Under the pieces are notes generated by a model. That model saw only the letters and a list, made by a program, of their open reading frames with translations. It did not search any database and was not told the DNA's origin. 64,000 nucleotides of DNA from Bacilli bacterium (lineage in GTDB: Bacteria; Bacillota_I; Bacilli_A; RFN20; CAG-826), in assembly GCA_051872335.1 (NCBI GenBank), contig JBJEDT010000041.1:147-64146 (forward strand), given 5' to 3'. Below, piece by piece: positions 15,423 through 24,766 of this stretch. The position numbers were made by a program, and so were the translations under genes. Each line of letters starts with the position of its first letter. Within the stretch, counting starts at the first letter, position 1.

Positions 15423-16875
15423 TAGATACAAATTCCTTTCTAACAAGAATTCCATCGACCTCAATCATTTCTGGTTCGGGATCTTTAAAGGACATTCCCT
15501 TATACCCTTTTATTTTTGTCCTAATTAAGAAAATTGTCAAAAAGATTATTGCAGAAAAAGCAATTATTATATTTGAAATACCCATTGAGATACCGGCAGC
15601 CTCAGCGCCAATCTCAGGATGAAAGGTTTGTAAGTACCATAAAACACCGATTCTTGTAAATATTCTTAAAACATTATTTACTGTTGCTAAGAATGTTTGA
15701 CCATACCCATATAATAATCCTAGAATTATTGAATTAATAGCTAGAGCAGGTATTGATAGGCAATCATAATAAAAGATATCTTTTATCATTTGAACAAATT
15801 CTTCAGAAGTATTTTTTGTATTAAACAAATTTAGAATTTGATCTTCGAAAAAAACACGTACACATAAAAATCCAAATATACTCCAAATGGCCATAATTGC
15901 ACAACATACACCAAAAATTTTCAAAGTGCGTTTCATGTTTTTATTTCCTAAATTTTGTGAGACTATAGAAGATTCTGAATCTTCCATAGAAGTACCTGGA
16001 TTTGTAATAATCCCACACATATTATTAGAAATACCTAATGCACCAACTGTAAGTGAGCCATACATTTTACACATTGCATTGACAGTAACTTTCCCTAAAC
16101 TTATAACAAATTTACCTAAGAAAAGCGGCAATGAAAGAATTAAAATCTTTTTAAGATATATCCATTTTAAAGATAAAGTTTTAAATGAAATTCTAAAAAT
16201 ATTATTTTTTGAAAACAATTTAATCATGGCAATTACAAATAATACTAACTGTGCGATTATACTAGCTACCTCTATCCAAGCTAAGTTAGTAACATGAAAA
16301 CCATAAATGAAGATGCTATTTAATAAAAGTTTGACAACCATTATTATAATGTTAAGTATGAAAATAATTTTTGTATTACCTTTCGATTTTTCTAAACCGA
16401 TAAATATATTATTAAAAATTATGATGACTTGTTCGACAATTTGTAGTTTAAAATATAAGTTCGATATACTTATTAAGTCATCGGGTACACGACACAACTG
16501 TAATATAAAAGATGAAAAAGGTAGAAATATTAAAAGAACTATTGTAGAAGTAACAAGTGCTATTGTAAACATAACATTGGCATTCTTTTTAGCTTCATCA
16601 ATTTTACCAGCACCATAAAAACGAGAAACAATAATTGCTCCTCCACCAGATAATCCACTTCCAATAGCCATAATACACCCTTTAATTTGTGTAAGTGTTG
16701 CAACAGCAGATACACTTGATTCACCAATTTGAGCTACCATAATTTGATCTACTAATGAATAAAAGGAATTAATAAGTTGATAGAAAAAAAGTGGCATAGT
16801 AATAGCAATAACGACTTTCCAAACATTACCAGTTAAAATTAATCGTCTTGATTTTTCATTTGCTTCCTTAACCAT
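15415..16875 (-). CDS. MATE-family efflux transporter
   Basis: About 486 aa and polytopic, with 'MPLFFYQLINSFYSLVDQIMVAQIG'. The start is at ATG 16875 (MVKEAN) after AAAGGTGG. Confidence 0.75.
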   Translation of the reverse strand: MVKEANEKSRRLILTGNVWKVVIAITMPLFFYQLINSFYSLVDQIMVAQIGESSVSAVATLTQIKGCIMAIGSGLSGGGAIIVSRFYGAGKIDEAKKNANVMFTIALVTSTIVLLIFLPFSSFILQLCRVPDDLISISNLYFKLQIVEQVIIIFNNIFIGLEKSKGNTKIIFILNIIIMVVKLLLNSIFIYGFHVTNLAWIEVASIIAQLVLFVIAMIKLFSKNNIFRISFKTLSLKWIYLKKILILSLPLFLGKFVISLGKVTVNAMCKMYGSLTVGALGISNNMCGIITNPGTSMEDSESSIVSQNLGNKNMKRTLKIFGVCCAIMAIWSIFGFLCVRVFFEDQILNLFNTKNTSEEFVQMIKDIFYYDCLSIPALAINSIILGLLYGYGQTFLATVNNVLRIFTRIGVLWYLQTFHPEIGAEAAGISMGISNIIIAFSAIIFLTIFLIRTKIKGYKGMSFKDPEPEMIEVDGILVRKEFVSND

Positions 16876-17034
16876 AATAAACCACCTTTTTAATTTTGTA
16901 CTCATACATTATAAAAACATATAATTTGAAATACTATATAATTTTTATATATAATAATATAAACATTGTGCATAAAACACAAAATCATTTTTCCAAGCCG
17001 TGATATAATAATTTTGAAACTAGGAGGTTTATAT

Positions 17035-18129
17035 ATGTCAACAATCAAAATAGAAAATTTAAACAAAATATATGATAATGGTTTTCACGCTGTTCATGAT
17101 TTCAATTTAGATATTGAAGATGGTGAATTCATTATTTTAGTTGGCCCATCTGGTTGTGGTAAATCAACAACATTGAGAATGATTGCTGGTATTGAAGCAA
17201 TCTCTTCAGGTGTATTGAATATTGATGGAAAAATTTGTAATAACTTGAAACCACGTGATAGAGGTATAGCAATGGTTTTCCAAAGTTATGCTTTATATCC
17301 TACAATGACAGTATATGATAATTTGGCTTTTAGTTTGAGAATTGCTGGTTTTGATGAAGATGAAATTGAAACTCGTGTTCAAGAAGTTTCTAATATTTTA
17401 GGTATTCAAGATTATTTAGCAAGAAAGCCAAAAGCTCTTTCTGGTGGTCAACAACAACGTGTTGCTTTAGGTAGAGCTCTTATTCAACACGCAAAAGTCT
17501 TCTTAATGGACGAACCTTTATCCAATCTTGATGCAATTCAAAGGGTAAATATGCGTTCTGAAATTAGAAGAATTCACCAAGCAGTAGGCTCAACTACAAT
17601 TTATGTTACACATGATCAAATTGAAGCGATGACTATGGCTGATAGAATTGTTGTTATGAAAGATGGATATATTCAACAAATAGGTACTCCAAAAGAATTG
17701 TACTTTAAACCACGTAATTTATTTGTAGCTGGATTTATTGGTGATCCACAAATGAATTTTATTCATGGAAGTGTTAAAGGCTCTAAGTTCATTTGTAATG
17801 ATGGAACTGAAATTGAATTAAAAGGCTATAATGCAAAGATATTAAAGAAAGCAAGTAAATTAGAAGATGTAATTATTGGGTTTAGACCAGAATGCTGTTC
17901 AGTAGACCCACTTGAAGATACACCACATATGGCTCAAGAAATGTTAGTTGAAGTTTCTGAAATGCTTGGTGATACAATGAATATTTATGGTTACTTAGGT
18001 AAAAATAATATGGTAGTTAGGACAACACCTTTTACAAAATATGAAGTCAATAAGATGTTTAAATTTTATGTAAATTATGATCATATTATTTTCTTTAATG
18101 GTGAAACAGAAGAAATTATTGAGGAATAA
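17035..18129 (+). CDS. Sugar ABC transporter ATP-binding protein (MsmK/MalK/UgpC type), orphan at the head of the uxaBA operon
   Basis: Walker A GPSGCGKST, signature LSGGQQQRVALGRAL and Walker B FLMDEPLSNLD, with a C-terminal TOBE-like region. ATG 17035 follows TAGGAGG. Confidence 0.9.
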   Translation: MSTIKIENLNKIYDNGFHAVHDFNLDIEDGEFIILVGPSGCGKSTTLRMIAGIEAISSGVLNIDGKICNNLKPRDRGIAMVFQSYALYPTMTVYDNLAFSLRIAGFDEDEIETRVQEVSNILGIQDYLARKPKALSGGQQQRVALGRALIQHAKVFLMDEPLSNLDAIQRVNMRSEIRRIHQAVGSTTIYVTHDQIEAMTMADRIVVMKDGYIQQIGTPKELYFKPRNLFVAGFIGDPQMNFIHGSVKGSKFICNDGTEIELKGYNAKILKKASKLEDVIIGFRPECCSVDPLEDTPHMAQEMLVEVSEMLGDTMNIYGYLGKNNMVVRTTPFTKYEVNKMFKFYVNYDHIIFFNGETEEIIEE

Positions 18130-18132
18130 ATA

Positions 18133-19575
18133 ATGGAAAGTTTAAATAAATCAATTATAAAAAAAACATATGCTCCGATAAAAATTATGCAATTCGGAGA
18201 AGGGAATTTTTTACGTGCTTTCGTTGATTGGATAATTCAAAAAATGAATGATAGCAAAAAATATGAAGGACATGTTGTCGTTGTTCAACCTCTAGAATTT
18301 GGTAGAGTTAATGAACTTGCAGCTCAAGATGGATTATATACTTTATATTTAGAAGGATTAAATAATGGTGAAGTAGTCAAAACTCATGAAGTTATTGATG
18401 TTTTAGATGACTTTATTAATCCATATACTGAGTATGATAAATTTTTGAAATATGCTGAGAGTGAAGATTTAGAGGTAGTAATTTCAAATACTACTGAAGC
18501 TGGTATTGTTTTAGATCCTAGCGATATTAATTTTTCCAAGACTCCACATACTTTTCCTGGTAAAGTTTTAAGTTTATTAAAACATCGTTATGATTATTTT
18601 AATGGTGATACTAATAAAGGTTTATCTTTTATTTGCTGTGAATTAATTGATAACAATGGTGACGAACTTAAAAAATGTGTATTAGGCCTTGCAAAAGTTC
18701 TTCAATTAAGTGAATCATTTATTACTTGGATTAATGAAGCATGTCATTTTACATCTACATTAGTAGATCGAATTGTTCCTGGATATCCACGTGATGAAAT
18801 TCAAGAAATCACTAATGAATTAGGTTATATTGATAATTCAATTGTTAAAGGCGAAATATTTCATTTATGGGTTTTAAAGAAAGAAGCACATATTGAAAAA
18901 GTTTTCCCATGCGATCAAGTTGGTTTAAATGTAATTTATGCTGAATCAATTAAACCTTATAAACAAAGAAAAGTAAAAATTTTAAATGGTTGCCATACTG
19001 CAATTGTTCCAGTGTCTTACCTTTGTGGAATTGATACAGTTAAAGAATCGATTTTAGATCCTTATGTTGGTAAGTTTGCAAAAACTCTTGTTTATGATGA
19101 AATAGTACCAACAATAGACTTACCTCATGATGATATGGTATCTTTTGCAAATTCTGTTTTTGAAAGATATTTAAATCCATTTGTAAGACATGAATTGATG
19201 AGTATTGCTTTAAATTCTATTTCAAAATATAAAGCACGTGTTTTACCAAGTGTCAAAGATTTTTTAAATATAAAGGGTGTTTTACCAAGATATCCATTAT
19301 TTTCACTTGCCGCTTTAATTAAGTTTTATTGTGGTAAAAGAAATGATGAAGTCATTGCATTAAAAGATGATCCATCTTATTTAGAGTTCTTTAGCAATTT
19401 ATATAGTAGTAATAAATCAAATGAAGAGATTGTTCATAGTGTATTAACTAATACTAATTTTTGGGGTGAGGATTTATCACTTATTGAGAATCTTGAAGAT
19501 TTAGTTTTATCTTACTTTAATGAAATTAGTGAAAAAGGAATGAACAAAGCATTAAGAGACTTCGTAGGTGATTAA
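18133..19575 (+). CDS. uxaB: Tagaturonate reductase (altronate oxidoreductase)
   Basis: 480 aa with the mannitol-dehydrogenase-family N-terminus 'IMQFGEGNFLRAFVDWII'. It lies directly upstream of uxaA. Confidence 0.85.
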   Translation: MESLNKSIIKKTYAPIKIMQFGEGNFLRAFVDWIIQKMNDSKKYEGHVVVVQPLEFGRVNELAAQDGLYTLYLEGLNNGEVVKTHEVIDVLDDFINPYTEYDKFLKYAESEDLEVVISNTTEAGIVLDPSDINFSKTPHTFPGKVLSLLKHRYDYFNGDTNKGLSFICCELIDNNGDELKKCVLGLAKVLQLSESFITWINEACHFTSTLVDRIVPGYPRDEIQEITNELGYIDNSIVKGEIFHLWVLKKEAHIEKVFPCDQVGLNVIYAESIKPYKQRKVKILNGCHTAIVPVSYLCGIDTVKESILDPYVGKFAKTLVYDEIVPTIDLPHDDMVSFANSVFERYLNPFVRHELMSIALNSISKYKARVLPSVKDFLNIKGVLPRYPLFSLAALIKFYCGKRNDEVIALKDDPSYLEFFSNLYSSNKSNEEIVHSVLTNTNFWGEDLSLIENLEDLVLSYFNEISEKGMNKALRDFVGD

Positions 19576-19577
19576 TA

Positions 19578-21056
19578 ATGAATAAAAGTATTAAACTTAA
19601 TGAAATTGATAATGTAGCAGTAGCTTTAACTTCCTTATCAAAAGGTGAAGTGATAGAGGGCATAGAACTTTTAGAAGACATTCCTTCTGGACATAAGTTT
19701 GCTATAGAAAACATTAAAATAAATTCTAATATTATTAAATATGGCTATCCAATTGGACATGCTTTATGTGATATTAAAAAAGGTGAACATGTTCATGTTA
19801 AAAATCTTAAAACTAATTTATCTTCTGAATTAGAATATGCTTTTAATCCTGAATATAAAGAAGTAAAAAGTCAAATTTTTAATGATGAAGTTAAAGTATT
19901 TGAACGTAAATTTAATCGATATGGTATACGAAATAATTTATTTATTGTTCCATTAGTAGGCTGTGTAAATGCTCAAGCTGAATTAATTAAAAAATCATTC
20001 ATCGAAAATGTTGATATGTCTTTAATTGATGATGTTATTATTTGTAAGCATCCATATGGTTGCTCGCAAATGGGAGAGGATCATTTAAATACAATTAAAT
20101 TATTACAATCAATTGTCAAGCATCCAAATGCAGGTGGTGTTTTGGTTTTAGCTTTAGGCTGTGAAAATAATCAATTAGAAAATTTTAAAGATACATTAAA
20201 AGATTATGATGAAGATCGGGTATGTTTTTTGAAGGCACAAGATGTCGAAGATGAAGTAGCTAAAGGAACAGAACTTTGTGTATCTTTATATAATAAAATG
20301 ATTAATGATGTTCGTGTTTCACGTCCTTTGTCATGTATTACAGTAGGATTAAAATGTGGTGGTTCTGATGGTTTTTCAGGAATTACTGCAAATCCATTAG
20401 TAGGTATGTTTTCTGACTTTTTGATAAATAATGGTGGCAGTACTATTCTATCTGAAGTTCCAGAAATGTTCGGAGCAGAACAAGTTTTAATGAAACGCGC
20501 TTCGAATAAAGAAGTTTTTGATAAAATCGTAAAATTAATAAATGATTTTAAAGGTTATTATTCATCACATAATCAAGTATGTTATGAGAATCCTTCTCCA
20601 GGAAATAAAGCTGGTGGAATTTCTACCTTAGAAGATAAATCTTTAGGTTGTGTTCAAAAAGCAGGATTATCCAAAGTTGTTGATGTTTTATATACGGGAG
20701 ATGTTATTAAAACATCGGGATTAAATTTATTAAATGGTCCTGGTAATGATATGGTAGCATGTACAAATATTGCCTCGGCTGGAGCGCAATTAATTTTATT
20801 TACTACTGGTAGAGGTACACCATTTGGAACTTATGTACCAACGATAAAAATTTCTACAAATACAACTTTATTTAATAATAAATCTAATTGGATTGATTTT
20901 AATGCTGGACAAATTGCAGATGGCATTAATATTAATGAAGTCTTTAATCAATTCAAGTCTTTAATTATTGGAATAATTAATGGTGAAATTAAAACAAAAA
21001 ATGAAATTAATTGTTTTCAAGAAATAGCTATTTTCAAGGATGGCGTTACATTATGA
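19578..21056 (+). CDS. uxaA: Altronate dehydratase
   Basis: 492 aa. The N-terminal SAF-like 'NDNVAVAL...G..I...IP.GHKFA' and the conserved C-terminal Cys/His-rich region are typical of UxaA. Confidence 0.85.
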   Translation: MNKSIKLNEIDNVAVALTSLSKGEVIEGIELLEDIPSGHKFAIENIKINSNIIKYGYPIGHALCDIKKGEHVHVKNLKTNLSSELEYAFNPEYKEVKSQIFNDEVKVFERKFNRYGIRNNLFIVPLVGCVNAQAELIKKSFIENVDMSLIDDVIICKHPYGCSQMGEDHLNTIKLLQSIVKHPNAGGVLVLALGCENNQLENFKDTLKDYDEDRVCFLKAQDVEDEVAKGTELCVSLYNKMINDVRVSRPLSCITVGLKCGGSDGFSGITANPLVGMFSDFLINNGGSTILSEVPEMFGAEQVLMKRASNKEVFDKIVKLINDFKGYYSSHNQVCYENPSPGNKAGGISTLEDKSLGCVQKAGLSKVVDVLYTGDVIKTSGLNLLNGPGNDMVACTNIASAGAQLILFTTGRGTPFGTYVPTIKISTNTTLFNNKSNWIDFNAGQIADGININEVFNQFKSLIIGIINGEIKTKNEINCFQEIAIFKDGVTL

Positions 21057-21886
21057 TAGTTGGTATTCGTCTACATGATTTAAAAGTTGGCACTATTACT
21101 GAAGTAAAAGATGCTATTTTAAAGCAAGGATTTGATACTATTCAATTGGTATTTAAAAAAGCTTTACGTGACGAAGAAAATAAACCTCTTCTTTTTAACT
21201 ATGAAAATGCTTTAAAAGTTAGTGAAGGTTTACAAGGGACTAATATAAAAATTGCTATGCTAGGTGCATATTTTAATCCAGTGCATTCTAATAAAGAATT
21301 AGTTAGAAATAATATCGAATATTTTAAAGAACATTTAAGATATGCACATTTATTAAATACTAAATATGTTGGAACTGAAACAGGTTCTTATAATGATGAT
21401 AAATGGACTTATAATCCAAAAAATCAAACAGAGGAAGGATATCAAGAAACAATGCAAGTTTTTAAAGAACTTGCAAGATGTGCTAATGAACATAAAACTA
21501 CACTTTTAATGGAACCTGCATATGGACATGTAATTTATTGTGTTGATCTCTTAAAAAGAGCGATTGATGAATTGAATTGTCCTTATGTAAAAGTAACCAT
21601 TGATTTATTCAACTTATTGTATTTAGGAAATTATAGCGAATATAAAGATATTTTTCATAAAGCAATGATTACTTTTGGAGATGATATTAAAATCATCCAC
21701 TTAAAAGATTTTTATGTTGAGGGAGAAAAATTAGTTCAATGTGGTCTTGGAAAAGGGATAATCGATTTTAAATATATAATAAAAGAGATTAAGGAAAATT
21801 GTCCTAATGCTACTTTGATTTTTGAAGGTGTAACTGGTGAAGATATAATTAGTAGTCAATTACTGATAAATAGTTTAAATAATTAA
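21053..21886 (+). CDS. Xylose-isomerase-like TIM-barrel protein (sugar phosphate isomerase/epimerase family)
   Basis: 277 aa with an ATGA overlap with uxaA. The general pattern (GTETG...LMEP...IHLKD) fits the AP-endonuclease-2/TIM-barrel family. Confidence 0.55.
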   Translation: MIVGIRLHDLKVGTITEVKDAILKQGFDTIQLVFKKALRDEENKPLLFNYENALKVSEGLQGTNIKIAMLGAYFNPVHSNKELVRNNIEYFKEHLRYAHLLNTKYVGTETGSYNDDKWTYNPKNQTEEGYQETMQVFKELARCANEHKTTLLMEPAYGHVIYCVDLLKRAIDELNCPYVKVTIDLFNLLYLGNYSEYKDIFHKAMITFGDDIKIIHLKDFYVEGEKLVQCGLGKGIIDFKYIIKEIKENCPNATLIFEGVTGEDIISSQLLINSLNN

Positions 21887-21906
21887 AAATAAAGCAATGT
21901 CTAAAA

Positions 21907-21962
21907 TTTCGAAAAAATGTTGTATACAACATATTGACATTGCTTTTTTACTGTTATAAAAT
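21907..21962 (+). promoter_or_regulatory. TTTCGAAA box, 16-bp perfect palindrome (GntR-type operator candidate) and strong promoter
   Basis: TTTCGAAA lies at 21907-21914 and the palindrome ATGTTGTATACAACAT at 21917-21932. The promoter is TTGACA 21934-21939, a 17-nt spacer, then TAAAAT 21957-21962. Confidence 0.65.
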
Positions 21963-21993
21963 GGGCTTACAAGGAGATGTAAGGGTTTTCATT

Positions 21994-22764
21994 ATGAGTT
22001 TTAGAAAATATAAAACGATCGACATATGCATTTTTATACTTTTAGCGGTTGTTTTTGAAATTCTAAATTACTATGCAACAACTAAACTAGAAGATTTTGG
22101 TCTCATTTTCTTATCATATTCAATCGTAATTACTCTTATCTGTATGTTTAGATGGGGTTTAGTTGGAAGTGTAGTTGGCTTATGTGGAGGCCTTACAGCT
22201 TGCTTGATAGCAGGATCAAGTGATATTGGGCAATATGTTGCTTATGCTGTTGGAAATTTAACCATTATATTACCTGCGTTAATTTTCCAAGTCAAAATAG
22301 GTAAAGATAAATTAAAAGAAAAGAAAATTCTCTTATTTGTCTACTTACTATGTTGCTTTATCACTGTGTTCTTCTTTAGATGCTTAATTATATCGTTATT
22401 TGACATTAAAAATTTTGCTAGTACATTTATTCAAGCAGTTCGAAATGTAATTCTTATAGAATGCATGAGTGTTGTTATTTCTTTCTTGATATTAATAGTA
22501 GCAAGTAGAAAAAATAGTGAATTACTAGTTGATATGAAAGAATATGTATTGAAAGTCCAAGATAATATGAAGCTTGGTGGACTAAAAGAATATAAATCAA
22601 AAGAATATTTTAACTTTGATAAACCATTCACTGAAGAAGATGAAATTGATGAGGCCTTCTTATTAGATGGAGGAAAAATGTCTAATGCAGAAATGGAACA
22701 ACTTGATGAATTATTCAAAGATGATATTCAAAGTATAGAACAAGAAAACGCAAACAAAAATTAG
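21994..22764 (+). CDS. Polytopic membrane protein with acidic C-terminal tail, unknown function (ECF S-component-like topology)
   Basis: I placed the start at the ATG of 'MSFRKYK' after AAGGAG. It has 5-6 TM helices and then a 70-aa D/E-rich tail. It is the first gene after the palindrome and promoter. Confidence 0.55.
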   Translation: MSFRKYKTIDICIFILLAVVFEILNYYATTKLEDFGLIFLSYSIVITLICMFRWGLVGSVVGLCGGLTACLIAGSSDIGQYVAYAVGNLTIILPALIFQVKIGKDKLKEKKILLFVYLLCCFITVFFFRCLIISLFDIKNFASTFIQAVRNVILIECMSVVISFLILIVASRKNSELLVDMKEYVLKVQDNMKLGGLKEYKSKEYFNFDKPFTEEDEIDEAFLLDGGKMSNAEMEQLDELFKDDIQSIEQENANKN

Positions 22765-22776
22765 GAGGTATTCATA

Positions 22777-23784
22777 ATGGAATTAGAAAATGAAAATGAA
22801 GTAGAAGTGGTTAAAGAGTATTATGAAAAGAATCACTGGAAATTCACTTTCAAAAGAATGCTAAAGGATTGGCGCTTATATGTAATGCTATTACCTCTAG
22901 TTCTTGTCTTCATATTCTGGAGATATTTACCAATGTATGGGTTAACAGTTGCATTCAAAGACTTTGACTCATCAAAAGGTATTTTAGGTTCAAACTTTAT
23001 TGGTTTAGCTGGTTTTAAAAAGATCACTACTGACCCATATTTCTGGAAGGCATTTAGAAATACATTCATGCTTTCTTTATATGGTATGATATTTGGATTT
23101 CCAATGCCTATTATCTTAGCTTTATTATTTAGTGAAGTTAAGAATCAAGTATATAGAAGTATTTTACAAGTTTTATCTTATTTACCTAAATTTGTATCTT
23201 TAGTTGTTGTCACTACATTAGTTAAGTTGTTATGTACAGAGGCTTCAGCTACTTCTTCAGGTGGTGTTTTAACTCAGTTATTAGTAAATATTGGAATGAT
23301 ACCTGAAGGTGCAAAACTATTAAAAGAGCCTCAATACTTTAGAGCAGTTTATCAAGTATCAGGTATTTGGGAAGCCGCCGGTTATGGTTCAATTGTTTAT
23401 TTTGCTGCTATTTTAGCAATTTCACCTACAAATTATGAAGCTGCTAGAATGGATGGAGCAAATAAGATGGCTCAAATAAAATATGTTACTTTCCCAGGTA
23501 TTGCTTCGACATTAACCATTATGTTGATTTTAGATATAGGTAAACTATTTACCGTTGGTTATGAGAAAGTCTATCTGTTATATTCAAATGACATTTGGGA
23601 AACAGCAGATATTGTTGCAACATACGTTATGAGATCTGCAGGTATGGCAGCAGGAGGAGAAACTTCTTTGCTTGCAAAATCTGTAGCTGCTTCAGCGGAT
23701 TTATTTAATTCACTTATAGCTATGTTCCTTGTTATTGGTTCTAACATGATAGCAAGAAAAGTCTCAGATACTTCTTTATATTAG
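22777..23784 (+). CDS. Carbohydrate ABC transporter permease (LplB/YtcP-like)
   Basis: 335 aa with 6 TM helices and an EAA-like loop 'YEAARMDGANKMAQIKYVTFPGI'. Confidence 0.85.
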   Translation: MELENENEVEVVKEYYEKNHWKFTFKRMLKDWRLYVMLLPLVLVFIFWRYLPMYGLTVAFKDFDSSKGILGSNFIGLAGFKKITTDPYFWKAFRNTFMLSLYGMIFGFPMPIILALLFSEVKNQVYRSILQVLSYLPKFVSLVVVTTLVKLLCTEASATSSGGVLTQLLVNIGMIPEGAKLLKEPQYFRAVYQVSGIWEAAGYGSIVYFAAILAISPTNYEAARMDGANKMAQIKYVTFPGIASTLTIMLILDIGKLFTVGYEKVYLLYSNDIWETADIVATYVMRSAGMAAGGETSLLAKSVAASADLFNSLIAMFLVIGSNMIARKVSDTSLY

Positions 23785-23803
23785 TAGAAAGGAAATATAG
23801 TTT

Positions 23804-24694
23804 ATGAATAAAAGATTAGATGCATCAGAAATTATATTTAAGATTTTAGCATATACCTTGTTAACTATATTTGCTATCTTCTGTTTATATCCATTTGTTT
23901 ATGCTGTATCTGCTGCAATTTCAGGAAAAGAAGCTATGGAATTTGGACAAGTAATTTTATTTCCAATAGCTCCTCAATTTGAAGCATTTAAGTATACATT
24001 CTCTATGAAACAATTCTGGTTATGTTATGCAAATACATTGTTCTTAACATTGTTTGGTACATTATTCTCAATTGTTGTTTCAATTTTAGGAGCATATGCT
24101 CTTTCTAAAAAAAGATTACCATTTGTTAGAGTATTGAATTTCTTATTAGTATTTACAATGTGGTTCAGTGCTGGATTATTTGCAACAAAATTAAATTATG
24201 ACAATAGTAAAGAATTCTTTAATAGTATATTGCACATTAAAGATGATAAATGGCTTGTTGTAGTTGCAATGGGTTTAGCAGCATATAACATTATTCTTTT
24301 AAGAAATGGTTTTGCTGGGGTACCAAAAGAAATTGAGGAAGCTGCTATTGTAGATGGTGCAAATGAATTCCAAATTTCATCTAAAGTATATGTTCCAATG
24401 TCCAAAGCTACAATTGCTACAGTTGCTTTATTCTATGGTATTTCTCGTTGGAACGGTTATTTCTGGGCTGCACAAGTTATGACTGATCAGACCCAACATC
24501 CATTACAAGTTTTCATTCGAAATTATTTACAAGAAATGACATCGTTAGATTCTCGTCCAACATTTGAATATTTTGCTCAAGAGTCATTATTCTATTGCAT
24601 GATTGTTGCAGCAATTATCCCAATTATTATTATTTATCCATTTATTCAAAAATATTTTGCCGCAGGTGTCAATCTTGGTGGCGTTAAAGAATAA
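23804..24694 (+). CDS. Carbohydrate ABC transporter permease (LplC-like)
   Basis: 296 aa with EAA loop 'EEAAIVDGANEFQISSKVYVPM'. Confidence 0.85.
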   Translation: MNKRLDASEIIFKILAYTLLTIFAIFCLYPFVYAVSAAISGKEAMEFGQVILFPIAPQFEAFKYTFSMKQFWLCYANTLFLTLFGTLFSIVVSILGAYALSKKRLPFVRVLNFLLVFTMWFSAGLFATKLNYDNSKEFFNSILHIKDDKWLVVVAMGLAAYNIILLRNGFAGVPKEIEEAAIVDGANEFQISSKVYVPMSKATIATVALFYGISRWNGYFWAAQVMTDQTQHPLQVFIRNYLQEMTSLDSRPTFEYFAQESLFYCMIVAAIIPIIIIYPFIQKYFAAGVNLGGVKE

Positions 24695-24766
24695 TTAATT
24701 AAGGTTACTCATGCTTATATAAGCATCGTAATATAATGATTAAAGAATTTTTGAAAGGAGAACAAT

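Noticed and set aside
21040-21060. Overlaps between adjacent genes (uxaA/TIM-barrel gene ATGA, uxaC/SGNH, Zn-ribbon/GH53 TAATG, 42047) as possible programmed frameshift sites
   Set aside because: These are ordinary 1-4 nt stop/start overlaps giving translational coupling. Each downstream gene has its own start codon and independent family homology.
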